From positions 1,922,001-1,986,000 of the forward strand of contig OZ024748.1 of assembly GCA_964016885.1 (NCBI GenBank): a DNA stretch of 64,000 bases, given 5' to 3'. Position 1 is the stretch's first letter. The number at the start of each line of letters is the position of its first letter. Origin of the DNA: Eledone cirrhosa. Lineage: Eukaryota. Positions 34,368 through 47,990 of this stretch are shown piece by piece. Under the pieces are notes generated by a model, which searched no databases, was not told the DNA's origin, and saw nothing but the letters and a program-made list of their open reading frames with translations. A program made the translations under genes and the position numbers.

Positions 34368-35635
34368 AAATACATATCCACTTAATGTTTCTAAAAATAG
34401 ATCATTATATATATACACACACACCAGCATCCACACCCACACACTTAGTACTGATGGTAATAAGTATAAGTACCTCATCCCCCAGCAGACCAGCTTCTTA
34501 TGGGGTGTAATTGACCTAAAAATGTGATGATGAACATTCTCAAATACCAATTGAAATATATTCATGGCGTTTCATTCTCTGGTGTTAGCAGAAATAATGA
34601 TTAACAGATCCTCATTTATATCACTAATACGTTTGAGAACGTCATAAATATTACTCAATCTCCGACTCTTCACTTTATAAACTGTAAATAGAATAGATTC
34701 ACAGCTGGCTGGACTATTTAAGCAGTTGAATAATTAGACAAAAGAACTATTACTGTAGTTCATTTATATCTTGAACCTGTTATACAATGATGTGTCTGTA
34801 AGCAATGCACTAAATTCTAAGTACTCCACTTAATTAGAAAGTGCCCTGCAAAGTCGATAAATCTGCTAGAAACAGCAGATTAACCACTTTTATATCAAAC
34901 TTTACCATCATAAAAAAGAATGGAAATGTTGGATAATGTAGTCTTTGATACACTATGCCTGAATAAAAAAGATATGATGAACACAGCTGTAACATCTTTG
35001 TTCATAGATTTGCTACATTGGGGTTGAATTCAGCAAGTCAACAAGGGAAACATTATAGAATTGCTCAACATGCTAGAAAGAACAAGCAAATATCTGTCAA
35101 ATCATACCCTATAGTCTTAGAAATGGAAAATATCTGATTGTGAAGTCTTAGATGCATTTCAATGACATACAGTAGACATCGGATTATGTTAATCATTGAG
35201 TCCTTTCTTTTTCAAAATAGTAGGATGTGATTTGGAAGAGAATTGGCTGCTATTTCTAACAGATTGAGCAACCATATAGAGCTCTCTTCCCTCTTATCCT
35301 TGTTAATATTTATGTATTATGAAATGGGGATTAGTTTAGTTTAAGACACCACAATAAGGGAGCTGCCACTTTTCCTGTTCGAAACAACAGCCAAATCTCT
35401 CAACTCCCATTTTCTCAATATATATATATATGCTTTAAGAGTGCACAAAACATAAAATAATCAGTATACATATGTACATTCACTTCCCTTCCTCGCTACA
35501 TAAATGTATATCTATATGAAGGTGCGTATACATGTTATGTGTATGCATATATGTGTTCATCTTCTCTATTTCTCTCTTTAATATATATATATATATGAAT
35601 GTGTGTGTGTTTGTATTTATATATGTATATACTTG

Positions 35636-35697
<62 letters not shown>

Positions 35698-35882
35698 TGT
35701 TAGGAAGAGCATCCAGCCGTAGAAAACCTGCCAAATAGTCCTATATGAGTGGGACAACTCCCATCTAACCCATGCTAGCATGGAAGATGGACATTAAACG
35801 ATGATGATGATTATATATATATATATATATGGAAAAGAATGAAACGAAATTTCATTTCTCACTCTTAGTACGGCTGATACCT

Positions 35883-35927
<45 letters not shown>

Positions 35928-36250
35928 CAATGATTTGAGATTTTATATTTGAAACAGTTATGGAAATTATCCTAGAATTATGATGCAAGGCAGGAATTTG
36001 TGTAAATATGTTGCATAGATCTGTCTAAACCATAATAGCAACAATGAAATTAGTATTAAAACTGATGATTATGGTGGTGTTAGTGCACAGATTGATGAGG
36101 CAAAAGACGTTGGTGACAGTCTGTGAGAATGTCCAACTCATTCATCATTTTCTATGTTTGATATGAATCGATAGTAAGACTGCATGATAATCGCTTCTTT
36201 CATTGTACAAGACCTGAGTACAGCATGGTTATATACATACATATATATAT

Positions 36251-36856
36251 GGTGGCTGCCAACTCGTTTTCGAGTACAGCCACTACTCTATATCCATGTA
36301 GGAGAACCCCTACCGATGCGCTAAACGAGTGTGACTTTTTAGTCCAGTTAGCGACTTGAAAACTCTGGTACAAACACTACACATGTGACAATTATTGACA
36401 CATAGTGCTGGGACCATGGTACCATGTGACAAGTGCAGAGAGATCTCCAGATATAAAGCAATGCCTGTGCCGTGAAGCTTTTATAGTGAGCAAAGGCACT
36501 GCACAAAGCCAGTCCCACTGTCTTAACCAAGATGATATTTACCAAAAAGAAGAACAAGTCAACATCATTGGATACCATCTGGGTTGCAGGTGTTATATCA
36601 GAGTTTTCCTTCTCCTAGAATTCTGCCTTGACAAAGGCTAAGGGGTCATCTCTCCCGGTGATTTTGGATGGCCATTGACTCTTAAGAGCTCCTTTGCCCT
36701 TTGACAGGTTTTGTTTTTAGTCCTGCAGGATGTCCAAAGTCACCCTCCTCACCAAAAAACCTTGGTGGGGTTGCCAGTTTAGTCGCCAACGACCCGACCA
36801 TGAGACAGGTTGTACTGGGATACATGTTACCAGTAGCACCAACTGGTGACCTGACA
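36251..36856 (-). mobile_element. Bipartite non-autonomous RTE (BovB-like) derivative: 5' UTR fused to ORF C-terminus and 3' UTR
   Basis: RTE 5'-UTR-like motif TAGGAGAAGGAAAACTCTGA; 36399-36310 encodes VNNCHMCSVCTRVFKSLTGLKSHTRLAHR* (C2H2 finger); short 3' end CTCGAAAACGAGTTGGCAGCC; second copy at 8973-9434. Confidence 0.75.
36774..36851 (-). ncRNA. Candidate HDV-like ribozyme (degenerate)
   Basis: P1 GGTCA/TGGTC, J1/2 hairpin ACCAGT/ACTGGT, P2 CCAGT/ACTGG, CC/GG P1.1, P4 TCG-TTGG-CGA, J4/2 CTAA; P3/L3 spacing is non-canonical. Confidence 0.5.
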
Positions 36857-36960
36857 TAACATGCATGCATACATGCATGCATACATACATACATACATAC
36901 ATACATACATACATACATAAAAAGATACATACATACATACATAAAAAGATACATACATAC

Positions 36961-37808
36961 AGAAAAAGTTGTGCATGGATACTTGAGACGTAAAACACAG
37001 ACCATAGAGGGGATAAACCACTCAAAAAGCCTGGCATGGAGTTCCGACAAGTTTATGACATCACACCTTGAGGGATATCTCTATGCAATACAGGAACAAG
37101 AACTCCCTACCAAATATCTGCTGCACAAAAGGGGAGGGCCAGCAGCTGACAATAAATGTAGGCTATGTAAAACAAAGATCGAGGATGTAAGCCACATTGT
37201 TGCCAGCTGCGAAAGAATGTCATCTCGCTACTACCTCCCCATGAGACACGATGGGATAGCTAGAACCATCTGGAACGCACTTCGGAAAACAAAATTAACA
37301 ACAAACGAGGAAGAATATATTGAGACAGATGGCACTAAGGAATACTGATGGAACCTGAAAATAAAAACTGCCACCAAATTAAAGCAAAACCGGCCTGATA
37401 TTGTTGTTTGGGACCACACATTGAAAACGTGTTCTGTTGTGGAGATCAGCTGCCCACTTGATGTAAACGTTGTCAGAAAAATACAGGAGGAGGAGGACAT
37501 CTACGGACCATTGATGAGGAGTTTACAAATCCAGTATCCAAGATACACCTTTAGCTTCATACCCATCATTATTGGAGCTACGGGTTATATACCAACCCAC
37601 TTGGACCAAAGTATGACTGAACTTGGATTTGCAGACAAAAAGCACAGCTCCCTAATTCATAGTCTACAAATGGCTGCGATAGCTGGCACCTTCAAAATTT
37701 GCAAAACATTCTTGCGATTCAAGGGATGACAATTTCTTTTCTTTTACAACCTTGTCACCAGGAGTGGCCAGTCAAAAAAATATACTCGAAATTAAGAGAA
37801 AGAGATAA
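36961..37808 (+). mobile_element. R4/Dong-like non-LTR element 3' fragment (CCHC knuckle + restriction-like endonuclease) in (CATA)n
   Basis: AIQEQE..CRLC..EDVSHIVASC..RHD, premature TGA at 37346-37348, then NRPDIVVWD..VVEISCP..IIIGATG, stop 37729; CATA repeats on both sides. Confidence 0.92.
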
Positions 37809-38768
37809 CATACATACGTACATACATACATACGTACATCATACATATATGATATTTACATACATATGTTTTTTTTACTATATTAAACATTAAGCTAATT
37901 ATCTTTGTGTACTGTATTGTTCCCTGTTTTGTTTTTCTGTTTACTTTGCGCTTGTATGCACGCGCACACACACCACACACACACACACACACATATATAC
38001 TATGTGTATCTGGTTTAGAATAGATACACCTTATCTCTACATGTTGTAAGAAGTGACTAAAAGGATCAATACCTCCAACAGTTCCATCCAATCCATGCCA
38101 GCACAGTTTCAGTCATTCAACAGGGGTTAAGCTAGGGTGTCACCTTCAAAGGTTTAATTGATCGTATTTGCAATAGTACTTATTTTATTGATCTATATTT
38201 GGCAAATGGCTAAGTTACAAGAAATACAATAAACACTTGTTTATAGGTTGCATCTTTCTAAAGAAAAGACGATGTGAAAAACGAGGATGGCCCCAAAAGT
38301 TTGAAAACCTCTAATGTTATATGTAAAAAGAGGTGTGGCGTATCTATCAGGATGATTTATGCATTGATATATATGATCTGTCTATTTATGTTTAATCATG
38401 AGTTTAAATTTATTAAATTTATAATTCTAAGTTATATTCCTAAATATAAATGATGTTTCGGAAAAAAAAAAAATTGTATTTATTTGTATATTTATAAATA
38501 TTCTTAGAAACAAAGCAGCTGACTTAAGAGGCATTGGGAAATTGGGAAATTTGAAATTTATATGTCTCAACATAAATGACCATATTAATAGTTGATTAGT
38601 ATAAATAATAGATGAGACAATTGAGTAAAATATCCCTGGAAATGGAAAAAATGTGGGCATAGCTGCATGGATGGACCACTACACTAAAGGGCCACTTCGT
38701 TTTCTTGTGTTTTTTTATCTAATTTATTCATTTATCATTTAAAGCAATCGACTATTATTGTGGTTATG

Positions 38769-38953
38769 TGGCAGTATCGTTAGAGGGTCGGATGCCATAC
38801 TTTGCAGCATGGAGTTTGTGGGCCTTTACGATCTGAGTTCAAATCCCGCTGAGGTTAACTTTGCCTTTCATCCTTATGGGGTCGATAAAATAATGTACCT
38901 GTAATACACTGGGATAATTGCTGGACTTGTGCCAAAAGTAGAAACAATTATTA
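38769..38953 (+). mobile_element. tRNA-derived SINE, Meta-like core
   Basis: B-box-like GAGTTCAAATCCC plus core and AAAAGTAGAAACAATTATTA tail. Confidence 0.85.
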
Positions 38954-39365
38954 TGGTTATTTACGCTAGGCTGGCCACATTCAAATTTTAACTATTTTTA
39001 TGTGTCTACATAAATATATTTACAATTATTTACATGTCATCTGAGGCATGCTTATTTGTTTGAAAAGTTTTAACAGAGTGAAATATGGATCGCATTTATT
39101 TTAACATGTATGTATATGTGTGTGTTGTAGGCCACAGTTTTGCACCAAGATAGCTGATATTTATTATAAGGGTCACATATTTTAAGCGAGAAGGTCATAG
39201 GGTAGATTATGTCTAGGTTTTATATTTGTTTGTTTAGTTCCTTGTTTTGTTTTGAGTATTTTTATGAATCTTAACTTGAATTTCAACTAAATAGTTTGGA
39301 TGTAGCAATCTTGAACATCTCATTCACATTAGTATGTATTGTGTGCCTTTGTTGTGTAAATCACC

Positions 39366-39465
<100 letters not shown>

Positions 39466-39883
39466 ATGTAAGTAGGGAGGTTAAAAAGGTTCAAGTCTGA
39501 TCTAAGCCTAGAGGCTCATCACGCCAGAGCCTATTCCAGTTTCATTCTCATTAAGTTGTTTATTTTGCATGCTGGCATGGATTGGACATGTTATCTATCT
39601 CTCTCTCTCTATATATATGCATAGATATATATTTATTTCAACCTCTTTCAATCCTTGGACTTCAGCCATTACTAGTCTGATTCTATTTTATTAATCTGTA
39701 TTTATTGAATGGTTAAGTGAACTTTTGGCATAAAGGCATGTAAAACAAGGTATTTCTTGTTTGGTGCATGGATTTATACTAATACACACTTATAAAAACA
39801 TACATTCACATGCATATATATATATATATATTCCCATGCAGTATAAGTTAAGAGGTTAAAATTAACTTCATTTATTCATAGTC

Positions 39884-39942
39884 GCTGTTATATATATTTC
39901 AGTAATAACCATTATGCAATAACTATGACCTCATCAGACAGC
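39884..39942 (-). ncRNA. Minimal type I hammerhead ribozyme
   Basis: Minus strand: GCTGT-CTGATGA-GGTCATAGTTATT GCAT AATGGTTATTACT-GAAA-T ATAT A-TA-ACAGC. Confidence 0.8.
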
Positions 39943-40058
39943 TAGAATTTGAACAGAAAAAAACAGAAAAACATGGAATAAAGCTTACTTCTGTTATTTC
40001 AATTTTTTTTTATATGCTCAGTGCTGAAATTCAGTGTTGTTTTCTCAAAGCACCAGTA

Positions 40059-40102
<44 letters not shown>

Positions 40103-40440
40103 AAAACATGACTATGCTACAGTTTGATCATTTTTTTCTATTAAGGATATTTTAAATTTCCATTTTATTACTTTATGCTTAATTTGGAGCAGTAGCATTC
40201 CTAAATCTATGTATTTCAGATCTTCACAGTACCATCTTCAGAGTCAGAATTGTCATGCAATATATTAGTCATATGCTTAACAGTAGTTGTAAAGTATCAT
40301 GGGAGTAGTAAAAGATCGTGGAGACCTGATTTAAAATCTCTCAATAGTTAAAACATGACTGTTATTATAATTAGTTTCATGTCTGCCTTATATCTGGGTT
40401 TTAATGTTTGGTATATATTTTGATATCAGTAGAACCTCTG

Positions 40441-40491
<51 letters not shown>

Positions 40492-40527
40492 ATGGGTATT
40501 ATATATATAATATACATTATAAGTGTG

Positions 40528-40589
<62 letters not shown>

Positions 40590-40945
40590 CAAAACACCCC
40601 CCCCCCCCGTCCCACCACCTCCACCCCATCCACACCGCCCCTTTCAATGTAAAGTTATGTTGGTCCCACAACATCCAGGCCGAAACAAATGAGATCGTGT
40701 AGGTGTCACGACAAAAAAACACACAGTCCACGCTGTAATGTGGCCGTGTAGGCAACACGGTAAAAACCTCCCAGACCCACACTGTAAATGTGGTTGGTGT
40801 TAGGAAGGGCATCCAACTGTAGAAAACCCGCCAGACAGTCCTATGCGAGCAAGAGAATCACTCTTGCCTCAAGTGGGAAAACCCCCGTCCAAACCCATGC
40901 AAGCGTGGAACACGGATGCTAAACCTGATGATGATGATGATGATA
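40590..40945 (+). mobile_element. RTE 3' UTR fragment
   Basis: Matches 24110-24450; TA array at the 5' junction, (GAT)n tail. Confidence 0.88.
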
Positions 40946-41180
40946 TATACATATATATTTATATATATATACACAGACAAATAGAAATACACATAAGAAA
41001 GTGAAAGAGAAACGAGTAGATTAGTTTGCTTGTATTTTATTTAAGATATAATATGCAAATTCTTACTTAAATATATATATGTATGTATATATATTATATA
41101 TATACATATGTATATATAAAATCCTACTATCAGTGATGCTTAAGCTAAACAGTTTTTCTTCTGTTTTTTTCTTCTTTTAG

Positions 41181-41320
41181 TTGATTCAGAAATGTTTCGT
41201 CAGATTACGATGTGGGATAGAATATTGAGATGTTTACTGGAGTAGTATTTCCCATTCACCTATATCTTATACTCACATGCACGTAGCCACATCTCACTAA
41301 CATAGATCTTTGAAAAACAT
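41181..41320 (+). other. Candidate spliced exon (non-coding or terminal)
   Basis: Long polypyrimidine tract ending TTCTTCTTTTAG at 41180; possible donor CAT|GTAGGT at 41320; no recognisable protein. Confidence 0.3.
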
Positions 41321-41446
41321 GTAGGTATATCTAACTCCTTCCTATCTACAATACTCATGTAGACATACATATTTCATTTCTATTTCAGACTCATAAAAAT
41401 ATCAATAAATGATGATGATGATAATAATTCTAATAATGATTTCTGA

Positions 41447-42285
41447 TTTAAGTACAAGGCCAACAATTTTTGGGGAACAGAAAGTCGATTAAATCAACCC
41501 CAGTGTGTTACTGGTACTTTTTTTTTATCAACGCCGTAAGGATGAAACACTATTATAAAAATGATTACAATAGTAGAAAATAGCACTATAGGGCACTATA
41601 CATACTATGAAGACCACTCTCAATACTATAGAAACAACACCAAAAGCAGCATTGCACATACCCAAGACACAGAGAGCTGTGCTCAGTAATTCAATGACAG
41701 CATGCAATAAAAATATGACTAATCTAAATAATACTGATAATAATGTTTTCTGGCACAAAGCCAGCAATTTTTGGAGAGGGGAAAGTTGATATACCCCAGT
41801 GTGTAATTGGTACTTTAAAAAAAATCTATTCCGTAAGGATGAAAGACAAAGCTAACATCGGAGGGATTTGAAATCAGAATGTAAAGAGTCATAACCCTAT
41901 GCTGCAAACCATTTTGTCCGATGATGATGATTCTGATAATATTAATTTCTAATATAAAGCACAAGGACAGTTGATTTGGAGCAATAGCAAAGTTGTTTAA
42001 ACCAACCCCAGTACTTTACTGGTACATTATTTTATCGACCTCAGAAGGATCAGAGGCAAAGTTGACCTTGGTACAATTTGAACTCATGATATATGATCAT
42101 TATGATTGGCAGTATCGGTAGAGGGTCGGACACCATCCTTTGACGCATAGTTACGGCCCTTGCCATTCTGAGTTCAAATCCCGCTGAGGTTAACTTTGCC
42201 TTTCATCCTTACGGGGTCGATAAAATAAAGTACTAGTAATGCACTGGGTATTTGCTGGCCTTGTGCCAAAAGTAGAAACAATTAT
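41447..42285. mobile_element. Cluster of four Meta-core SINE copies (three minus, one plus at 42107-42285)
   Basis: Core or its reverse complement at ~41500-41546, ~41795-41885, ~42005-42087 and ~42170-42240. Confidence 0.8.
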
Positions 42286-42849
42286 AATATTAATAACATG
42301 AATAATATGAATTAACAACATATAAACATACTTTTTTTTTATCCATCAACCTTTGAAAGACATTCCATTTTCATTTAAATGAGTGCATTTATAAATACAT
42401 ACTTATTAATACTATATGATAAGCTCATATATATATGTGTGTGTGTGCACACATCAATATATGTGTGTACATATTGTATGTTTGTGTGTAAGTGCAAATA
42501 TAGAAATACATACATATGTATACACACATATATATACACACACACATGCACACACATACATACACACACACACGCACATGCGCACGCGCAGACACACACA
42601 CACACACACATATCATCATCATCACCACCATCTTCGGTTTTCCATCTACTTTTACTTGCTGGCAAAAGTTGGGCAGGACATTTGCAGCAGTGTTTTATAG
42701 TTGAATGTTTGCCTAACAGCAACCTTTTTATGTGCTTCTTATGACATGTAGAAATACAGTGTAGCTATTTTAAACTGGACAGATATGTACACATACATAT
42801 AAATATACACACACTCACTGCTTTATATATATATATATATATATATAAC

Positions 42850-43020
42850 AAATGGCTTCTACATGACTAGAACTGTTTCTTTCAATGGAAATCATCAGGA
42901 AAGCCTGAATGAACCAGTTCTAGTCCTGTAGAAGCCATTTCTGTATTAAATTTGTTGTATACACTCTACTAATGTATTGCGTACTTTACTTACTGTGGTT
43001 ACCCCTGATTGAACACGGTG
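42850..43020. mobile_element. Penelope-like pLTR fragment with inverted arm carrying a hammerhead core
   Basis: Minus arm CTGATGA-TTTC CATT GAAA-GAAAC-AGTTCTA-GTC; + arm homologous to 31615-31730. Confidence 0.7.
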
Positions 43021-43231
43021 CGCACACGCGCACACACGCACACACACACATATACACATAGTTGTTTTATCCATCAAATTACAGCCTGTTAGTAAAGCAA
43101 TATGCATTTAGAACATATTATGTTGACAACTGCTCCGAGCAGAAGCTTCGTTCATTTCATTGGAATGATTTATGGAAATTATTTCCCAATAAGAAATTAT
43201 GAAAAATCAATGATTGGACATCCAAACATAA

Positions 43232-43585
43232 AGAGGTACATATATAGAGAGGTACATAGATAGAGAGGTACATAGAGAGGTACATATATAGAGAGGTACA
43301 TATATAGAGAGGTACATAGATAGAGAGGTACATAGATAGAGAGGTACATATATAGAGAGGTACATATAGAGATAGGTACATATAGAGATAGGTACATGTA
43401 AAGATAGATACATGTAGAGATAGGTACATGTAGAGATAGGTACATGTAGAGATAGGTACATGTAGAGATAGGTACATGTAGAGATAGGTACATGTAGAGA
43501 TAGGTACATGTAGAGATACATAGATAGGTACTTACATAGATAGGTACTTACATAGATAGGTACATATATAGATAGGTACATATAT
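43232..43585 (+). repeat. ~16-bp minisatellite GAGATAGGTACATGTA and variants
   Basis: Direct reading. Confidence 0.9.
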
Positions 43586-43943
43586 AGGATAGAAACATAT
43601 ATACATACATATACAGAGAGAGAGAGAGCAAGAGAGAGAGGGGTAGATATATATATAGATATATAGATACACAGATAGATATATAGGTATTAGCAGTTAT
43701 TACATTTTGACAACTGTAATGTGGTGGGGAGGTGGTAGGGAGTGGTAGGAGGTGGTAGGGAGTTGTGGGTGGTGGTGTGAGGTAGTGGGGGAGTGGTGGG
43801 AGGTGGTGGGGTATTGTTGGCAAACAAGAGGAAAACATTTAAAATTTGATTTGCTGTCAAGATTTACATCAATTACTTAGTATTTATTACAATATTATTC
43901 TTTAGTAACATGCCACGTGATGGAGATAGATCGCGTGAAAAGG

Positions 43944-44628
43944 AGTGTTGCTATGACACTATTTAATGGGGGAACTAGGGGTTGTTTGCAGGTGTTGCCA
44001 TGACACTATTTAATGGGGGAACTAGGGGTTGTTTGCAGGTGTTGCCATGACACTATTTAATGGGGGAACTAGGGGTTGTTTGCAGGTGTTGCCATGACAC
44101 TATTTAATGGGGGAACTAGGGGTTGTTTGCAGGTGTTGCCATGACACTATTTAATGGGGGAACTAGGGGTTGTTTGCAGGTGTTGCCATGACACTATTTA
44201 ATGGGGGAACTAGGGGTTGTTTGCAGGTGTTGCCATGACACTATTTAATGGGGGAACTAGGGGTTGTTTGCAGGTGTTGCCATGACACTATTTAATGGGG
44301 GAACTAGGGGTTGTTTGCAGGTGTTGCCATGACACTATTTAATGGGGGAACTAGGGGTTGTTTGCAGGTGTTGCCATGACACTATTTAATGGGGGAACTA
44401 GGGGTTGTTTGCAGGTGTTGCCATGACACTATTTAATGGGGGAACTAGGGGTTGTTTGCAGGTGTTGCCATGAAACTATTTAATGGAGAACTAGGTGTGT
44501 TACCATGGCATTATTTAATGGGGTACTAGGATGTGTTGCCATGGTACAATTTAATGGGGAACTAGGATGTGTTGCCATGGTACAATTTAATGGGGAACTA
44601 GGATGTGTTGCCATGGCACTATTTAATC
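43944..44628 (+). repeat. 47-bp minisatellite (~11 copies) followed by 36-bp related units
   Basis: Unit GGTGTTGCCATGACACTATTTAATGGGGGAACTAGGGGTTGTTTGCA recurs every 47 bp from 43991 to 44461. Confidence 0.96.
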
Positions 44629-45170
44629 TGTCTGTATCTGTCTATAATTCATTTTGATCTAATCCCAAAGTTGATCAGTTTGTGGTTCTTAGTTTGCTAT
44701 AAACTCAAATTCAGTCTGTTGGCTCTACATACAAAGACACCTCTACGATCACTGACATAAGGTGACCCCAGTCCCATCAAGCAAGAGCAAAAGATTTGTT
44801 AGGTTAGGTTAAGGGTCCTTAACTCTTGATGGTATCAAATATATATATATATACATACAGTGAGAGGGAGAGAGAGAGGCATACAGCTGAATGCCATTCC
44901 TAACACCAATCATTTTACAATGAGTACTGGGTGCATTTTATCTTTGCTGTTGGTGCCACAATAAAATGCACATAATACACACTAAAGTAATTGATGTTTG
45001 AAAGGTCATCTGTCTGCAGAAATCAGACACAAAATTATATATATATTATATGTATATATGTTGGAGGTGAGTTTTATTGTAGCACAATAAAGCAATGCAA
45101 ATATCGGATAAGTAGCACTCAACAGTTTATTGGACTGGAGTATATATAAGAAGAAATTAAAAGATGGTTA

Positions 45171-45272
45171 AAAAAGTTCCAAGTATTTTATTATGCGCAT
45201 TTCAAAAACAAATATCATCCCAGTATGATATTTGTTTTTGAAATGCGCATAATAAAATACATGGAACTTTTT
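45171..45272. mobile_element. Palindrome made of two hammerhead 3' halves (pLTR fragment)
   Basis: ~48-bp arms with a short loop (CCCAGT); each strand reads GAAA-T GCGC A-TA-ATAAAATAC; no CTGANGA. Confidence 0.7.
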
Positions 45273-45685
<413 letters not shown>

Positions 45686-45899
45686 CATATATATATATAC
45701 ATATAAAAATATTAAACAAATAATGAATAAACAATTCCTTATATTAAACAAAAAAAGTTCATTATTTAACGATCGTTTCTAGGATATATATGTGTTAGAA
45801 TTGGTATGCATATTCAACAGATCTATGTACAAAATTATACAAAATTATACAAATTATCAAGATTAAATATACATACCAACACATATATACGCCGTCTTC

Positions 45900-47358
<1,459 letters not shown>

Positions 47359-47831
47359 TCCTAATCTCTACATCAGAACTGTTAATGGTTGAGTATATAT
47401 TATTTTATTTTTATTTCTAATATATTTAATCTTAAATCTCTCCGACTAAGCTGGATTATTTGAAGCAATGCTGTTATTTCTTCTCCCCAACTGTATTGTA
47501 GTTGAGAAGGTGGTTGGATGTGATACATTCACGTTTCCACTTCATTGGAAATGTTAAATTAATACAAGTGTATGTATTATGGAGATAGACATTATAATTT
47601 CCAATATTCAAAATTAACAATATATTCATTGAATGTGTAGTTTGGTTGACTTCTGGTGTTTGGTTTCCATACCACCTTCCTATTCACTGCTATTAGGTCA
47701 AAGCTGGCCACACATTGGAATGAGCCCCATGAAGTTTATTGCATTTGACTTCCAGTATTCTTGGTCCCCATACCAGCTCCTAACTCATTGCTATTGCAGT
47801 AGAGTTAGCCACCTGTGTGGATCTGTGTGCA

Positions 47832-47990
47832 TGCATGCATCATTCTGTGTGTGTGTATGCATCATTCTGTGTGTGTGTATGCATCATTCTGTGTGCATGT
47901 ATGCATCATTCTGTGTGTGTGTATGCATCATTCTGTGTGTGTGTATGCATCATTCTGTGTGTGTGTATGCATCATTCTGTGTGTGTGTAT
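47832..47990 (+). repeat. 22-bp minisatellite GCATCATTCTGTGTGTGTGTAT (~7 copies)
   Basis: Direct reading. Confidence 0.92.

Noticed and set aside
34356-34690. Minus-strand ORF or exon candidate
   Set aside because: Weak splice signals and no recognisable protein.
43944-44628. CRISPR-like appearance of regular repeats
   Set aside because: Units are head-to-tail with no unique spacers, no cas genes are present, and the context is eukaryotic.
45750-45825. Minus-strand GAAAC-GATC-GTT with upstream CTGTTGA
   Set aside because: Core mismatch and no convincing stem I or II.
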